NCBI GenBank assembly: GCA_964349455.1
Contig: CAYGGG010000001.1
Location: forward strand, 1-62,564
Direction of reading: 5' to 3'
DNA from: an uncultured Muribaculaceae bacterium
GTDB taxonomy: Bacteria; Bacillota_I; Bacilli_A; RF39; UBA660
Length of the DNA: 62,564 nt
A program made the translations under genes and the position numbers. The notes beneath the pieces were generated by a model, which did not search any database, was not told the DNA's origin, and saw only the letters and a program-made list of their open reading frames with translations. How positions within the stretch are numbered: position 1 is the first letter of the stretch; each line of letters opens with the position of its first letter. This document shows, one piece after another, positions 30,312-38,413 of the stretch.

Positions 30312-31673
30312 ATGCGGAAAAGAAGAACAATAAAATTCATCATCGCCCTTACAATCGGAAAAATAATCTTTAACACTATTAAAATAATAAAACCAAATCG
30401 CGGATCACATACACCAGGAGAAATAGCAATCAAAATATGTCCTAATTTTTTATCGCGAATCCGCATTCCAAAAACAATCATTGCCGTTACTGGAACAAAT
30501 GGCAAAACAACCGTTGCCAATTTATTAAGCAATATTCTTAATCAAAATAAATATCAAACAATTATTAATAGCAAAGGGTCAAACACCGATGCCGGTGTCG
30601 CAACCGCTTTGATTCAAAAAGTTGATTTTTTTGGTAATTGCCACCATCATTTCGGTATCTTTGAACTTGACGAACGCTTAGCACATCGTGTTTTTGCTCA
30701 CATTGAACCGACCTATTTAGTATGTACTAATTTATTCCGTGACTCAATTAAAAGAAACGGTCACTTTGAATTTGTCTTCAACAAATTAAATCCGGCCATT
30801 CCAAACAAAACAACTCTTATTCTAAATGCCGATGATTTAATATCAAGTTCGTTACAGCCAAAAAATAAAAGAATCTATTTTTCAGTTGAAAACGTTTTAA
30901 ACCATGAACAAAAAAACATTGTTCAAGATATCAGTACCTGTCCGAAATGTCATTATTTTCTTGAATATAAATATCGCCATCATCATCATATTGGCAAGGC
31001 CTTCTGTCCAAAATGTTCATTTAAATCACCAACCAGTGATTTTACTTGTATCGAAATAAATAAAACAACCTTAACCATAAAAGAAAAAACAACTGATCAA
31101 TATCCTTTAATCGCAAACAACATCTATAATATTTATAACACAACCGCTATCATCGCCACTTTAAAAACAATTGGTTTAACGAAAGAACAAATAGCAAATG
31201 GTTTAAACCAGAGCACTTTAATTGAAAATCGTCAAAAAAGTTATCAAAAAAATAACCTTGAAGTATTAACAATCCTTTCAAAAAATCAAAACCCAATCTC
31301 AACTTCACTCGCACTTGACTATATCGCTAATCTTGAAGGCAACAAAGTTATTGTTTTATTAGTAACTGATACCTTAGATAAAATTCACGGTAGCGAAGAT
31401 ATCTCTTGGTTATATGATACCGATTTTGAATTTTTAAACAAACCAAATATCAAACAAATAATCGCCTGTGGAAACCGTTGTTATGATATCAGTACCCGTC
31501 TACAATTAGCAGGAATTAAAAAAAGCATCATTACAACCAAAGAAAACTATTTTGCAATTAAACGAGTAATTAAAAAAAATAAAATTAATAAAATAATTAT
31601 TGCATACGAACTTTACGGCTATAACATTGCGCTCGATTTAAAAAATAAAATAATAGGAGATCAAAATGATTAA
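30312..31673 (+). CDS. murT: Mur-ligase family protein MurT (lipid II isoglutaminyl synthase subunit-like)
   Basis: VTGTNGKTTVANLL P-loop, a Cys4 ribbon CPKC...CPKC, and a C-terminal DUF1727-type motif ISWLYDTDFE. Aligns along its length to S. aureus MurT. Confidence 0.85.
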   Translation: MRKRRTIKFIIALTIGKIIFNTIKIIKPNRGSHTPGEIAIKICPNFLSRIRIPKTIIAVTGTNGKTTVANLLSNILNQNKYQTIINSKGSNTDAGVATALIQKVDFFGNCHHHFGIFELDERLAHRVFAHIEPTYLVCTNLFRDSIKRNGHFEFVFNKLNPAIPNKTTLILNADDLISSSLQPKNKRIYFSVENVLNHEQKNIVQDISTCPKCHYFLEYKYRHHHHIGKAFCPKCSFKSPTSDFTCIEINKTTLTIKEKTTDQYPLIANNIYNIYNTTAIIATLKTIGLTKEQIANGLNQSTLIENRQKSYQKNNLEVLTILSKNQNPISTSLALDYIANLEGNKVIVLLVTDTLDKIHGSEDISWLYDTDFEFLNKPNIKQIIACGNRCYDISTRLQLAGIKKSIITTKENYFAIKRVIKKNKINKIIIAYELYGYNIALDLKNKIIGDQND

Positions 31674-32352
31674 ATTAGAAATTCTTTACCCTGAATACAT
31701 GAATCAATATGGGGATATTGGTAATATTAAATATCTTGAAAAAATAATTCCGAAGCTAAAAATAATCAAAACTCATCTAACTGATGAACCACACTTTTTA
31801 AAAGAAAAAATTGATATTTTATATTTAGGACCAACTACTGAGCAAAGACAAAATGAAATAGTTCAAAAATTATTACCATATCGCGAACAAATAAAAACCT
31901 TAATTGAGCAAAAAACATTAATTATTGCCACCGGTAATGCGATTGAATACTTCGGCAAATACATTCAAACCGACACAAAAGATTTAATTTCTTGTTTAAA
32001 CCTTTACAATGTATACGCCGAACAAATCCCTTTAGTAAGATATAATGATAACGTTACCTGCCCACTTGAAGGATTTACGGTCGTTGGTTTTAAAAATCAA
32101 AAAAGCCATCTTTATGGTAAAGATAAACACGCTTTAAAAGTGCCAACTGAAAAAAATTTAATTAATTTCATTATCGATAAAAATTTATTTGCCACCTATC
32201 TAATTGGTCCAATTCTTGTTTTAAATCCTTTACTAACTGAAGCGCTATTAAAAAAAGCAAACATTCCTTATAAGAAACCACCATTCTACGACATAGCTAT
32301 TGAATCTTATCAAAAAAGAGTAATTGATTTTAATCAACAAAAAAAACCGTAA
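31666..32352 (+). CDS. gatD: GatD-like (CobQ-type glutamine amidotransferase fold) partner of MurT, apparently lacking the catalytic Cys and His
   Basis: YGDIGNIKYL, VVGFKNQ and TYLIGPIL align to S. aureus GatD. The nucleophile elbow reads IIATGNAIEYFG instead of ICGGYQFLG, and YLIGP replaces YLHGP. Overlaps murT by 8 nt. Confidence 0.7.
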   Translation: MIKLEILYPEYMNQYGDIGNIKYLEKIIPKLKIIKTHLTDEPHFLKEKIDILYLGPTTEQRQNEIVQKLLPYREQIKTLIEQKTLIIATGNAIEYFGKYIQTDTKDLISCLNLYNVYAEQIPLVRYNDNVTCPLEGFTVVGFKNQKSHLYGKDKHALKVPTEKNLINFIIDKNLFATYLIGPILVLNPLLTEALLKKANIPYKKPPFYDIAIESYQKRVIDFNQQKKP

Positions 32353-32361
32353 GGTTTTTTT
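32338..32361. terminator. bidirectional rho-independent terminator
   Basis: aaaaaacc-gtaa-ggtttttt, including the gatD stop codon. Confidence 0.65.
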
Positions 32362-32362
32362 G

Positions 32363-32914
32363 TTAACAATTCTTTTCTCTTTTATATTTAACCAATTGTT
32401 TTCTTTTTAAACCTTTTTCAATTGGATCGACAATTTCACAACTAGACCTTGCCTCTTTTTTGCGCATTAGTTTTTCCAAACAAAAATCCTTATACCGTAA
32501 AACTAGTTTTTTCTCTAATTCATTTCTGTTATCTTCTAATTTGGTTACCCTTTTAACACAACAATGAACGTAATAACAATTAGAATTTTGATTAAAATCC
32601 CTAAACAATTTGGCCACTCGAAAATAATCACTCCCTGCACTATGCACAATTCGTCTAATATTCGCCCTTGGCGTTTTATAGACGTAACCCAAATGTACAA
32701 TCCCATCTTGCGCTGTAACATCCAGAATAGTATACCTGTTTAAGTCATTATATAAATGTAACCACTCCATCTTAGTTGACATTGTCAACAAATGAACATT
32801 AGTATTATCAGCAAACAAAACAAAACACGGTCTTCCGTATTTTGATTTATCTTTTTCACCATTCTCAAAAACAATATCCGTTACTAAAGCAATATCACCT
32901 GGCCAAATATACAT
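32363..32914 (-). CDS. hypothetical protein; the N-terminus is faintly PemK/MazF-like
   Basis: PGDIALV...GRPCFVL is reminiscent of the MazF/PemK SH3-like N-terminus. The basic C-terminus is unassigned. Confidence 0.3.
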   Translation of the reverse strand: MYIWPGDIALVTDIVFENGEKDKSKYGRPCFVLFADNTNVHLLTMSTKMEWLHLYNDLNRYTILDVTAQDGIVHLGYVYKTPRANIRRIVHSAGSDYFRVAKLFRDFNQNSNCYYVHCCVKRVTKLEDNRNELEKKLVLRYKDFCLEKLMRKKEARSSCEIVDPIEKGLKRKQLVKYKREKNC

Positions 32915-32938
32915 ATTATCCTCTCTTCCAAAGACCCC

Positions 32939-34156
32939 TTATAACCCTCTTTTATTAAAATAACACGCAAACATTTTTCTTGAAATCATGTACACCCGAT
33001 AAGTAATAAAATAGCGAAGAAAACTAAAATCATTTAAATAATAAAGCGTGTAACCATATTTCTTTTTTCTAATTAGTTCTTTAATCTTTTCAAGATAAGC
33101 TTTATTGGCATATTTTACCAAAACATCCTTTGGAATGTCAAGCCATAACCACTCATTATCGGTATAAACAATATCCAAATCCTTACCATACACATACTCA
33201 TCAACCAAAAACCTCACCAAATTATAACCCGCCCCAGTTATATAATAACTTCCTCTTCCTTGGCGAAGATTCATTTCAAACAACTTATACTTATTATCTC
33301 GATAATCAAACTTAAAATCAAAATGAGCATAACCAACATAATTAATTTTTTCTAAGAATTCTTTAAACTGTTGATACATTTCTTGATTAGAAGTAGAAAT
33401 CATTGCCGCATAATTCCCAATTTCAGCAGGGTGATAATGTTCTAAAATAACATCACCCAAACACATCATCTTCACTTTCCCCGAAGCATCTGAATAGGTA
33501 TTTAAAACCCAACTAGCACTATCATCACCAGGTATAAAATCTTGAATAATAATATTACCTCGATAAGAAGACCCATAAATTCGTCTAACAATTTCTTCTA
33601 ATTCTTCTCTACTAGAAGCCATATAGGCTTTTTTTCGCCCCTCAAACTTAGCAGACAAATAACGAATACTATCAGCTGGCTTAACCGCCACTGGGAAGGA
33701 AAACGAAAACTCAATCTTATCCCGCGTTTCATAAGTACAAACATAAGTAGTAGGATAATCTAAATTATACTTCTCACACATTTCATAAAAAGAATCCTTA
33801 TCCTCCAATTGTTTATGTAAATCCTCATCAATATAAGGAACAACAAAATACTTCTGTAGGGCCTTCTTATTTTTTATTATCAGCTCAATATAATTATCCC
33901 CACAAGCAATTAGTAACAACTTTTTATACTTGGAACTTAACTCCTCACCAACAGCCACCATTGTTTTTAAAAAAACTGCTTGCTGATCAAAATTTTCATC
34001 AGTTCTCACTTCAACAATCCGACTATGTTTAGTCGCTCGCAATGCCATTTTCCCCAATGCCAAAGCCTTTTCACCATAGGCCTCATGCAATGATTTTGAC
34101 ATTCCATAAGCATTTTTATCGGTTCCTAACAATACTAATTTAAAATCTTTTTTCAT
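32939..34156 (-). CDS. ATP-grasp family protein (carboxylate-amine ligase-like)
   Basis: Length and pattern of the predicted ATP-grasp enzymes (FPVAVKPAD..., IIIQDFIPGDD, FEMNLRQGR). Confidence 0.6.
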   Translation of the reverse strand: MKKDFKLVLLGTDKNAYGMSKSLHEAYGEKALALGKMALRATKHSRIVEVRTDENFDQQAVFLKTMVAVGEELSSKYKKLLLIACGDNYIELIIKNKKALQKYFVVPYIDEDLHKQLEDKDSFYEMCEKYNLDYPTTYVCTYETRDKIEFSFSFPVAVKPADSIRYLSAKFEGRKKAYMASSREELEEIVRRIYGSSYRGNIIIQDFIPGDDSASWVLNTYSDASGKVKMMCLGDVILEHYHPAEIGNYAAMISTSNQEMYQQFKEFLEKINYVGYAHFDFKFDYRDNKYKLFEMNLRQGRGSYYITGAGYNLVRFLVDEYVYGKDLDIVYTDNEWLWLDIPKDVLVKYANKAYLEKIKELIRKKKYGYTLYYLNDFSFLRYFITYRVYMISRKMFACYFNKRGL

Positions 34157-34881
34157 TTTTTCACCTCAATAAAACGATTTACATTATTTCGTATCACATC
34201 TAAATTGTACGCCGAATCTTGATATAAATCAATAATCTGATTAATATAATCATGTTCAATTAAATAATTAAAACTAAACTTAAAATTTAAATCATAAACA
34301 AACGACAAAAACAAAATCAATTGATCAAGATTAGTTTTAACATCTAGAAAACTAATTGGTTCCTTTGCCAAAAAAGAATTCCACACCTTTTTTGACACCT
34401 CATCACCACTCAAACCAAAATCAATTTGCCGATCAACAATTAAAAAAAAGATATCTAATTTATCAGCATCACGAATGATCTTCGAAAAAACCAACTCCAT
34501 TCCCGAAACATCACCAATTTTCATCTTATTATGATTACCAATTGCCGTTTTAATACTCGAGTAATACTCTTCTTTGTCATAAAAATTGTTAATCAATCTC
34601 TTTTCAAACAACATTTTTATGCCATACTCTCCATGATCAACATTTCGATCATCCATATTATCAAAACTCTCAACTTGCTTAAATCGCCCAATATCATGAA
34701 GTAATCCAATCACATAGGCCGCCTCTTTTTCATCATCATTTAGTGCTAAAGATTCAGCAATTCTATACGCTAATTTAGCAACCCGATAGGAATGAAAATA
34801 TTTCAACTTAATTAAAGGAATATTCATATCATACTCCTTAACAAACATATCAAATTTACGATGTAACAAATCCTTATCCAC
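34153..34881 (-). CDS. HD-domain phosphohydrolase
   Basis: H...HDIGRF metal-binding signature and a later DADKLD. Overlaps both neighbours. Confidence 0.7.
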   Translation of the reverse strand: MDKDLLHRKFDMFVKEYDMNIPLIKLKYFHSYRVAKLAYRIAESLALNDDEKEAAYVIGLLHDIGRFKQVESFDNMDDRNVDHGEYGIKMLFEKRLINNFYDKEEYYSSIKTAIGNHNKMKIGDVSGMELVFSKIIRDADKLDIFFLIVDRQIDFGLSGDEVSKKVWNSFLAKEPISFLDVKTNLDQLILFLSFVYDLNFKFSFNYLIEHDYINQIIDLYQDSAYNLDVIRNNVNRFIEVKK

Positions 34882-35606
34882 TAATCATCCATCCTTTTAA
34901 AATAAAGTAAATACTCAACATTACCATCACCACCAGTAATTGGTGACTTAATCGAACCGACTAAATAAAAATTAATTTTTGAAAACTCCAAAACTAATTT
35001 ATCAACCACATCCAAACGAACCTTTTCATCTAAAATAACTCCTCGGTATTTTTTGGCAATCTCCCGTCCACATTCAAACTGGGGCTTAGCCAAACAAACA
35101 ATTTCGAACAAATTTATTTCTTTCAACTTATCCAATAATTTTAAAACCGAAATAAAAGAAACATCAATCACCGCTATTTCTGCTTTTTTAATTTTTTCCA
35201 ATTCAATTAAACGGACATCTTGATTTTCATGCAAAACAACCCGCTTATCTTTTCTTAACCAGTCAACCATCTGCTCACGCCCAACATCAACGGCAATCAC
35301 TTGCTTAGCACCATGACGTAAAACACAATCAGTAAAACCGCCAGTACTAGAACCAATATCAAGTACCATCTTATTCAAAAAAACTATTCCGAACTCCTTA
35401 ATCGCCGCCTCCAACTTAACACCGCCTCTTGAAGCAAAAAAATCAACCACCTTCAATAATTTTATTTCATTATCAGCCACCAGAAAACTATTTTTCTTAA
35501 CTACTTTATCATCAACCAGCACTATTCCTAGCCTAATCATTAACTGTGCTCTTGTTCGTGAATTAGCTAATCCAATTTCAACTAATTTATTATCTAATCT
35601 TTCCAT
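34881..35606 (-). CDS. tlyA: TlyA-family rRNA 2'-O-methyltransferase
   Basis: S4 domain (RLDNKLVEIGLANSRTRAQ) followed by the FtsJ SAM motif VLDIGSSTGGFTD. Confidence 0.88.
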   Translation of the reverse strand: MERLDNKLVEIGLANSRTRAQLMIRLGIVLVDDKVVKKNSFLVADNEIKLLKVVDFFASRGGVKLEAAIKEFGIVFLNKMVLDIGSSTGGFTDCVLRHGAKQVIAVDVGREQMVDWLRKDKRVVLHENQDVRLIELEKIKKAEIAVIDVSFISVLKLLDKLKEINLFEIVCLAKPQFECGREIAKKYRGVILDEKVRLDVVDKLVLEFSKINFYLVGSIKSPITGGDGNVEYLLYFKRMDD

Positions 35607-35639
35607 TATCCACCTATTAAAAAAAAACGAATCATCGTT

Positions 35640-35828
35640 TCATTTTTTATTTTCCTTTTTTGGCGTCAACGAATGATATTTAACACCAAGGATTGGCGTC
35701 ATAACACCATTATTAAAACTGTCCCTTAACTTTGAAGTAAACCAAAGCAAATTGCGCGCGCCAACAACCGATACTTTCATTACTTTCCCAGCACCATGAA
35801 CAAAATTTCCTCTATTCATTTTCTTCAC
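35640..35828 (-). CDS. small basic hypothetical protein (about 59-62 aa)
   Basis: ORF overlapping the end of the DUF1292 gene. No motif recognised. Confidence 0.35.
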   Translation of the reverse strand: MKKMNRGNFVHGAGKVMKVSVVGARNLLWFTSKLRDSFNNGVMTPILGVKYHSLTPKKENKK

Positions 35829-36078
35829 CCATTTCCTTTAAATTTTTCAATTCAACTAAATCGTTAATAACACGTTCGATTTCTTCCATATCAGTATCAT
35901 CTTCAACAAACCAAAAACTCGCTTCTTCTTCATTATAAATCAAAGGAATTAGTGCGATTTCTTCGCCCATACTCTGACTATCATCAAGACAAATAACATA
36001 TTTATGTTTTGTTTTTTCCGATTCAAAAGAACTTAAAACAACATACTCTTTCTCGCTTCCATTTAAATCAGTAATCAT
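35812..36078 (-). CDS. DUF1292 (YrzB/UPF0473) family protein
   Basis: ITDLNGSEKEYVVLSSFE...IALIPLIY...DTDMEEIERVINDL matches the YrzB pattern. I chose the start at MITDLNG (36078), downstream of the trpS stop. Confidence 0.7.
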   Translation of the reverse strand: MITDLNGSEKEYVVLSSFESEKTKHKYVICLDDSQSMGEEIALIPLIYNEEEASFWFVEDDTDMEEIERVINDLVELKNLKEMGEENE

Positions 36079-36139
36079 AATTTTTTCTTTTTCTTGTAAA
36101 ATAATACCACTCCTCTTTTTTATTATAAGAAAATAAAAA

Positions 36140-37123
36140 CTAAATATCAATCCCCATCTTATTTTTCACTTCATTTAGTTTACACTCTGCCACCCTCAAC
36201 GCCTCACAACCACCTTTTTTCAAAATATCAATTAATTCATCACTATATCTAATTTTATTATATTTTTTCTGAAAATTAACAATAAATTGACAAACAACAT
36301 CGGCCACCGCTTCCTTAAACTGACCATAATTACTATTAGCAAATTCTTTTTCAATTTCTTTAATATCTTTTTTATTTAAAACTGACATAATCGTAATCAA
36401 ATTAGAAATACCTGGTTTTTTCTTTTCATCAAATTTAATTAAATTTTCACTATCAGTTACCGCACTCATTATCTTTTTTCTAGTTACCGCAACATCATCT
36501 AATAAAAAAATTGTTCCCTTATCATCAAGATCAGCTGACTTATTCATTTTTTCCAAAGGATTTTGCAAATTCATAATTCGGCTTCCAACTTTGGGGATAT
36601 AGTAATTGGGCAGTTTAAACATATCCCCATACCTTTTATTAAGACGTTCCCCCAAATCCCTCGTAATTTCAATATGTTGCTTTTGATCAGCACCAACTGG
36701 CACAATCTCAGCATCATAAAGCAAAATATCTGCAGCCATTAATGCCGGATAAATAAACAAGCCTAAGTCAACACTCTCTTTCTTTCTTTTTGCCTTATAT
36801 TGAGTCATTCTAGATAACTCACCGACTCGACATTGAAATGCGACCAAAAAACCTAACGCACTATGTTGATTAATATTGCTTTGAATAAAAAAATTAGTTT
36901 TCAAAGGGTCAATCCCACAAGCAATATAAATTGCCGCTAAATCTAAAATTGTTTTATTAATTTTTTTAGGTTCTTGATAAGACGTCAACGCGTGCAAATC
37001 AGCAATAAAAATATAAGAATCATACTCCTCTTGCAAAGCAACAAAATTCCTAATTGCTCCAATATAATTGCCCAACGTAAAACCACCAGTTGGCGTAACG
37101 CCGGTTATCATTCTCTTTTTCAT
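36140..37123 (-). CDS. trpS: tryptophan--tRNA ligase
   Basis: GVTPTGGFTLGNYIGA (HIGH region), GADQKQH and KMNKSA (KMSKS). About 327 aa. Confidence 0.95.
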   Translation of the reverse strand: MKKRMITGVTPTGGFTLGNYIGAIRNFVALQEEYDSYIFIADLHALTSYQEPKKINKTILDLAAIYIACGIDPLKTNFFIQSNINQHSALGFLVAFQCRVGELSRMTQYKAKRKKESVDLGLFIYPALMAADILLYDAEIVPVGADQKQHIEITRDLGERLNKRYGDMFKLPNYYIPKVGSRIMNLQNPLEKMNKSADLDDKGTIFLLDDVAVTRKKIMSAVTDSENLIKFDEKKKPGISNLITIMSVLNKKDIKEIEKEFANSNYGQFKEAVADVVCQFIVNFQKKYNKIRYSDELIDILKKGGCEALRVAECKLNEVKNKMGIDI

Positions 37124-37363
37124 AAAATCACCCTTTCTATAAAAAAATCCTTATCCTAAAATAGGACAAGGGATTTGTGCCACCTAAATTTATGTACTAT
37201 CATACATTTATTCAATAACGGGAATTCCCGTATTTCCCTACTACTATTTCAAGAAATCTCTCATTAGTCCATTCACTAATCTTTAACTACAATTTTTCAC
37301 CAAACAATTGCTCTCTTAAAGTTTCCAAAAAGTTACTAATCTAAATCATCAATTTAAAATTAC
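37124..37363 (-). promoter_or_regulatory. T-box riboswitch leader, Trp (UGG) specifier, controlling trpS
   Basis: Promoter TTGACA (37393-37398), 17-nt spacer, TATATT (37370-37375). K-turn UGAUGA, AGUA, distal GGUGAAA. Specifier context GAA-UGG-A (UGG at 37269-37271). T-box AAUUUAGGUGGCAC (37177-37190). Terminator aatccttatcct/aggacaagggatt (37146-37176) plus a U-run. Confidence 0.88.
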
Positions 37364-37400
37364 ACTCATAATATACACCAAACAACTAAAAATGTCAAAC

Positions 37401-37422
37401 GAAAAGCAGTATTAACTGCTTA
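37401..37422 (-). terminator. rho-independent terminator of hsp20
   Basis: aagcagt-atta-actgctt hairpin overlapping the stop codon, followed on the minus strand by a U-rich run. Confidence 0.55.
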
Positions 37423-37809
37423 TTCAATTGGAATTAATTTAGTAGTCTTTTTCTTTTCTTCTTTTGGAAAGCTTACTTTTAATATACCATCTTCAAACTT
37501 GGCCTTAATATCTTTTTCAACAATATCGCCAATATAATAGCTTCGTGATTGTTCACCATAATAACGCTCGCGCTTAATATAGTTTTTTTCTTCAGACTTT
37601 TTTTCTTCTTCCTTACGAGCAATAATAGTCAAGTATCCGTTCTCATAGTCGACCTTAACCTCGTCTTTATTAAAGCCTGGAACATCAACTTCAATCACAT
37701 ATTTCCCTTCTTTTTCATAAATATCTGATTTCATAATACTTGATTTTTTTGTTTCGAACAAATCATCAAATAAGCTTCCAAAAAAAGGATCTCGCGTCAC
37801 TAAATTCAT
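37420..37809 (-). CDS. small heat-shock protein (Hsp20/alpha-crystallin family)
   Basis: Alpha-crystallin domain (MKSDIYEKEGKYVIEVDVPGFNKDEVKV...GILKVSFPK). The start at MNLVTRD (37809) is preceded by GGAGGTGG. The longer track ORF would run through its own promoter and operator. Confidence 0.9.
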   Translation of the reverse strand: MNLVTRDPFFGSLFDDLFETKKSSIMKSDIYEKEGKYVIEVDVPGFNKDEVKVDYENGYLTIIARKEEEKKSEEKNYIKRERYYGEQSRSYYIGDIVEKDIKAKFEDGILKVSFPKEEKKKTTKLIPIE

Positions 37810-37831
37810 TATTCCACCTCCAATCATCTCT

Positions 37832-37860
37832 ATTTTAGCACCTCTTTTAGCACTTGTCAA
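37832..37860 (-). promoter_or_regulatory. sigma-70-type promoter of hsp20
   Basis: Minus-sense TTGACA (37855-37860), 17-nt spacer, TAAAAT (37832-37837). Confidence 0.55.
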
Positions 37861-37873
37861 GAGGGAGTGCTAT
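37847..37873 (-). promoter_or_regulatory. CIRCE (HrcA operator) overlapping the hsp20 -35 box
   Basis: TTAGCACTT-N9-GAGTGCTAT matches 16/18 positions of the CIRCE consensus. Confidence 0.8.
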
Positions 37874-37928
37874 TTTTTTTAATTGATTTTTCTTCTTCTT
37901 TTTGCTATCATCAAGATGGAGGTAAAAC

Positions 37929-38390
37929 ATGAAAATAATAATTACCATTTTTTTTATAATTTTAATCCTTTTTATTGTTTTAAACAAAATTGAACTTCCC
38001 AAACAAGAACCAAAAGAAAATAATGCCACCGAACAAAACAATAACAATTCAGAAGAAAAGGACGGTTTAATTCAAGAAGCACAAAAAACCACCTTTGAAG
38101 CAAACGCTTATGCTTTATTAAAAGCAATTGAAAACACTTATATGTTTGAAGCTTTAAACACCACAATTGAAGAAAAAACATATTACATCGAAAACGGCGA
38201 ATTCACTGATGATTCACCAAAAATAAGCGATTTTGATAGACTACCCGAAACCGGAATCGCTCACATTAGCATAACCGGTGGCGTTACATTTGCTCTTTAT
38301 AACCTAAAATGGTGCGCAACCAAAAGCGCTGATGAAGCCACAATTACAATAACAGAAACATCAATTGATTTATGCAAAATGCCAAATTAA
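37929..38390 (+). CDS. membrane-anchored hypothetical protein (possibly a pseudopilin-like fold)
   Basis: N-terminal TM helix, then AQKTTFEANAYALLKAIENTY, reminiscent of the pilin alpha1-C region. No G|FxxxE cleavage motif. GGAGG RBS. Confidence 0.45.
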   Translation: MKIIITIFFIILILFIVLNKIELPKQEPKENNATEQNNNNSEEKDGLIQEAQKTTFEANAYALLKAIENTYMFEALNTTIEEKTYYIENGEFTDDSPKISDFDRLPETGIAHISITGGVTFALYNLKWCATKSADEATITITETSIDLCKMPN

Positions 38391-38413
38391 AAGCAACCAA
38401 AGTTGCTTTTTTT
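38390..38413. terminator. bidirectional rho-independent terminator
   Basis: agcaac-caaa-gttgct plus a T-run. Confidence 0.65.

Noticed and set aside
37847-38047. The 66-aa minus-strand ORF and the long N-terminal extension of hsp20 in the ORF track.
   Set aside because: They run through the CIRCE operator, the hsp20 promoter and the divergent gene's RBS. hsp20 has a strong RBS at the internal ATG (37809).
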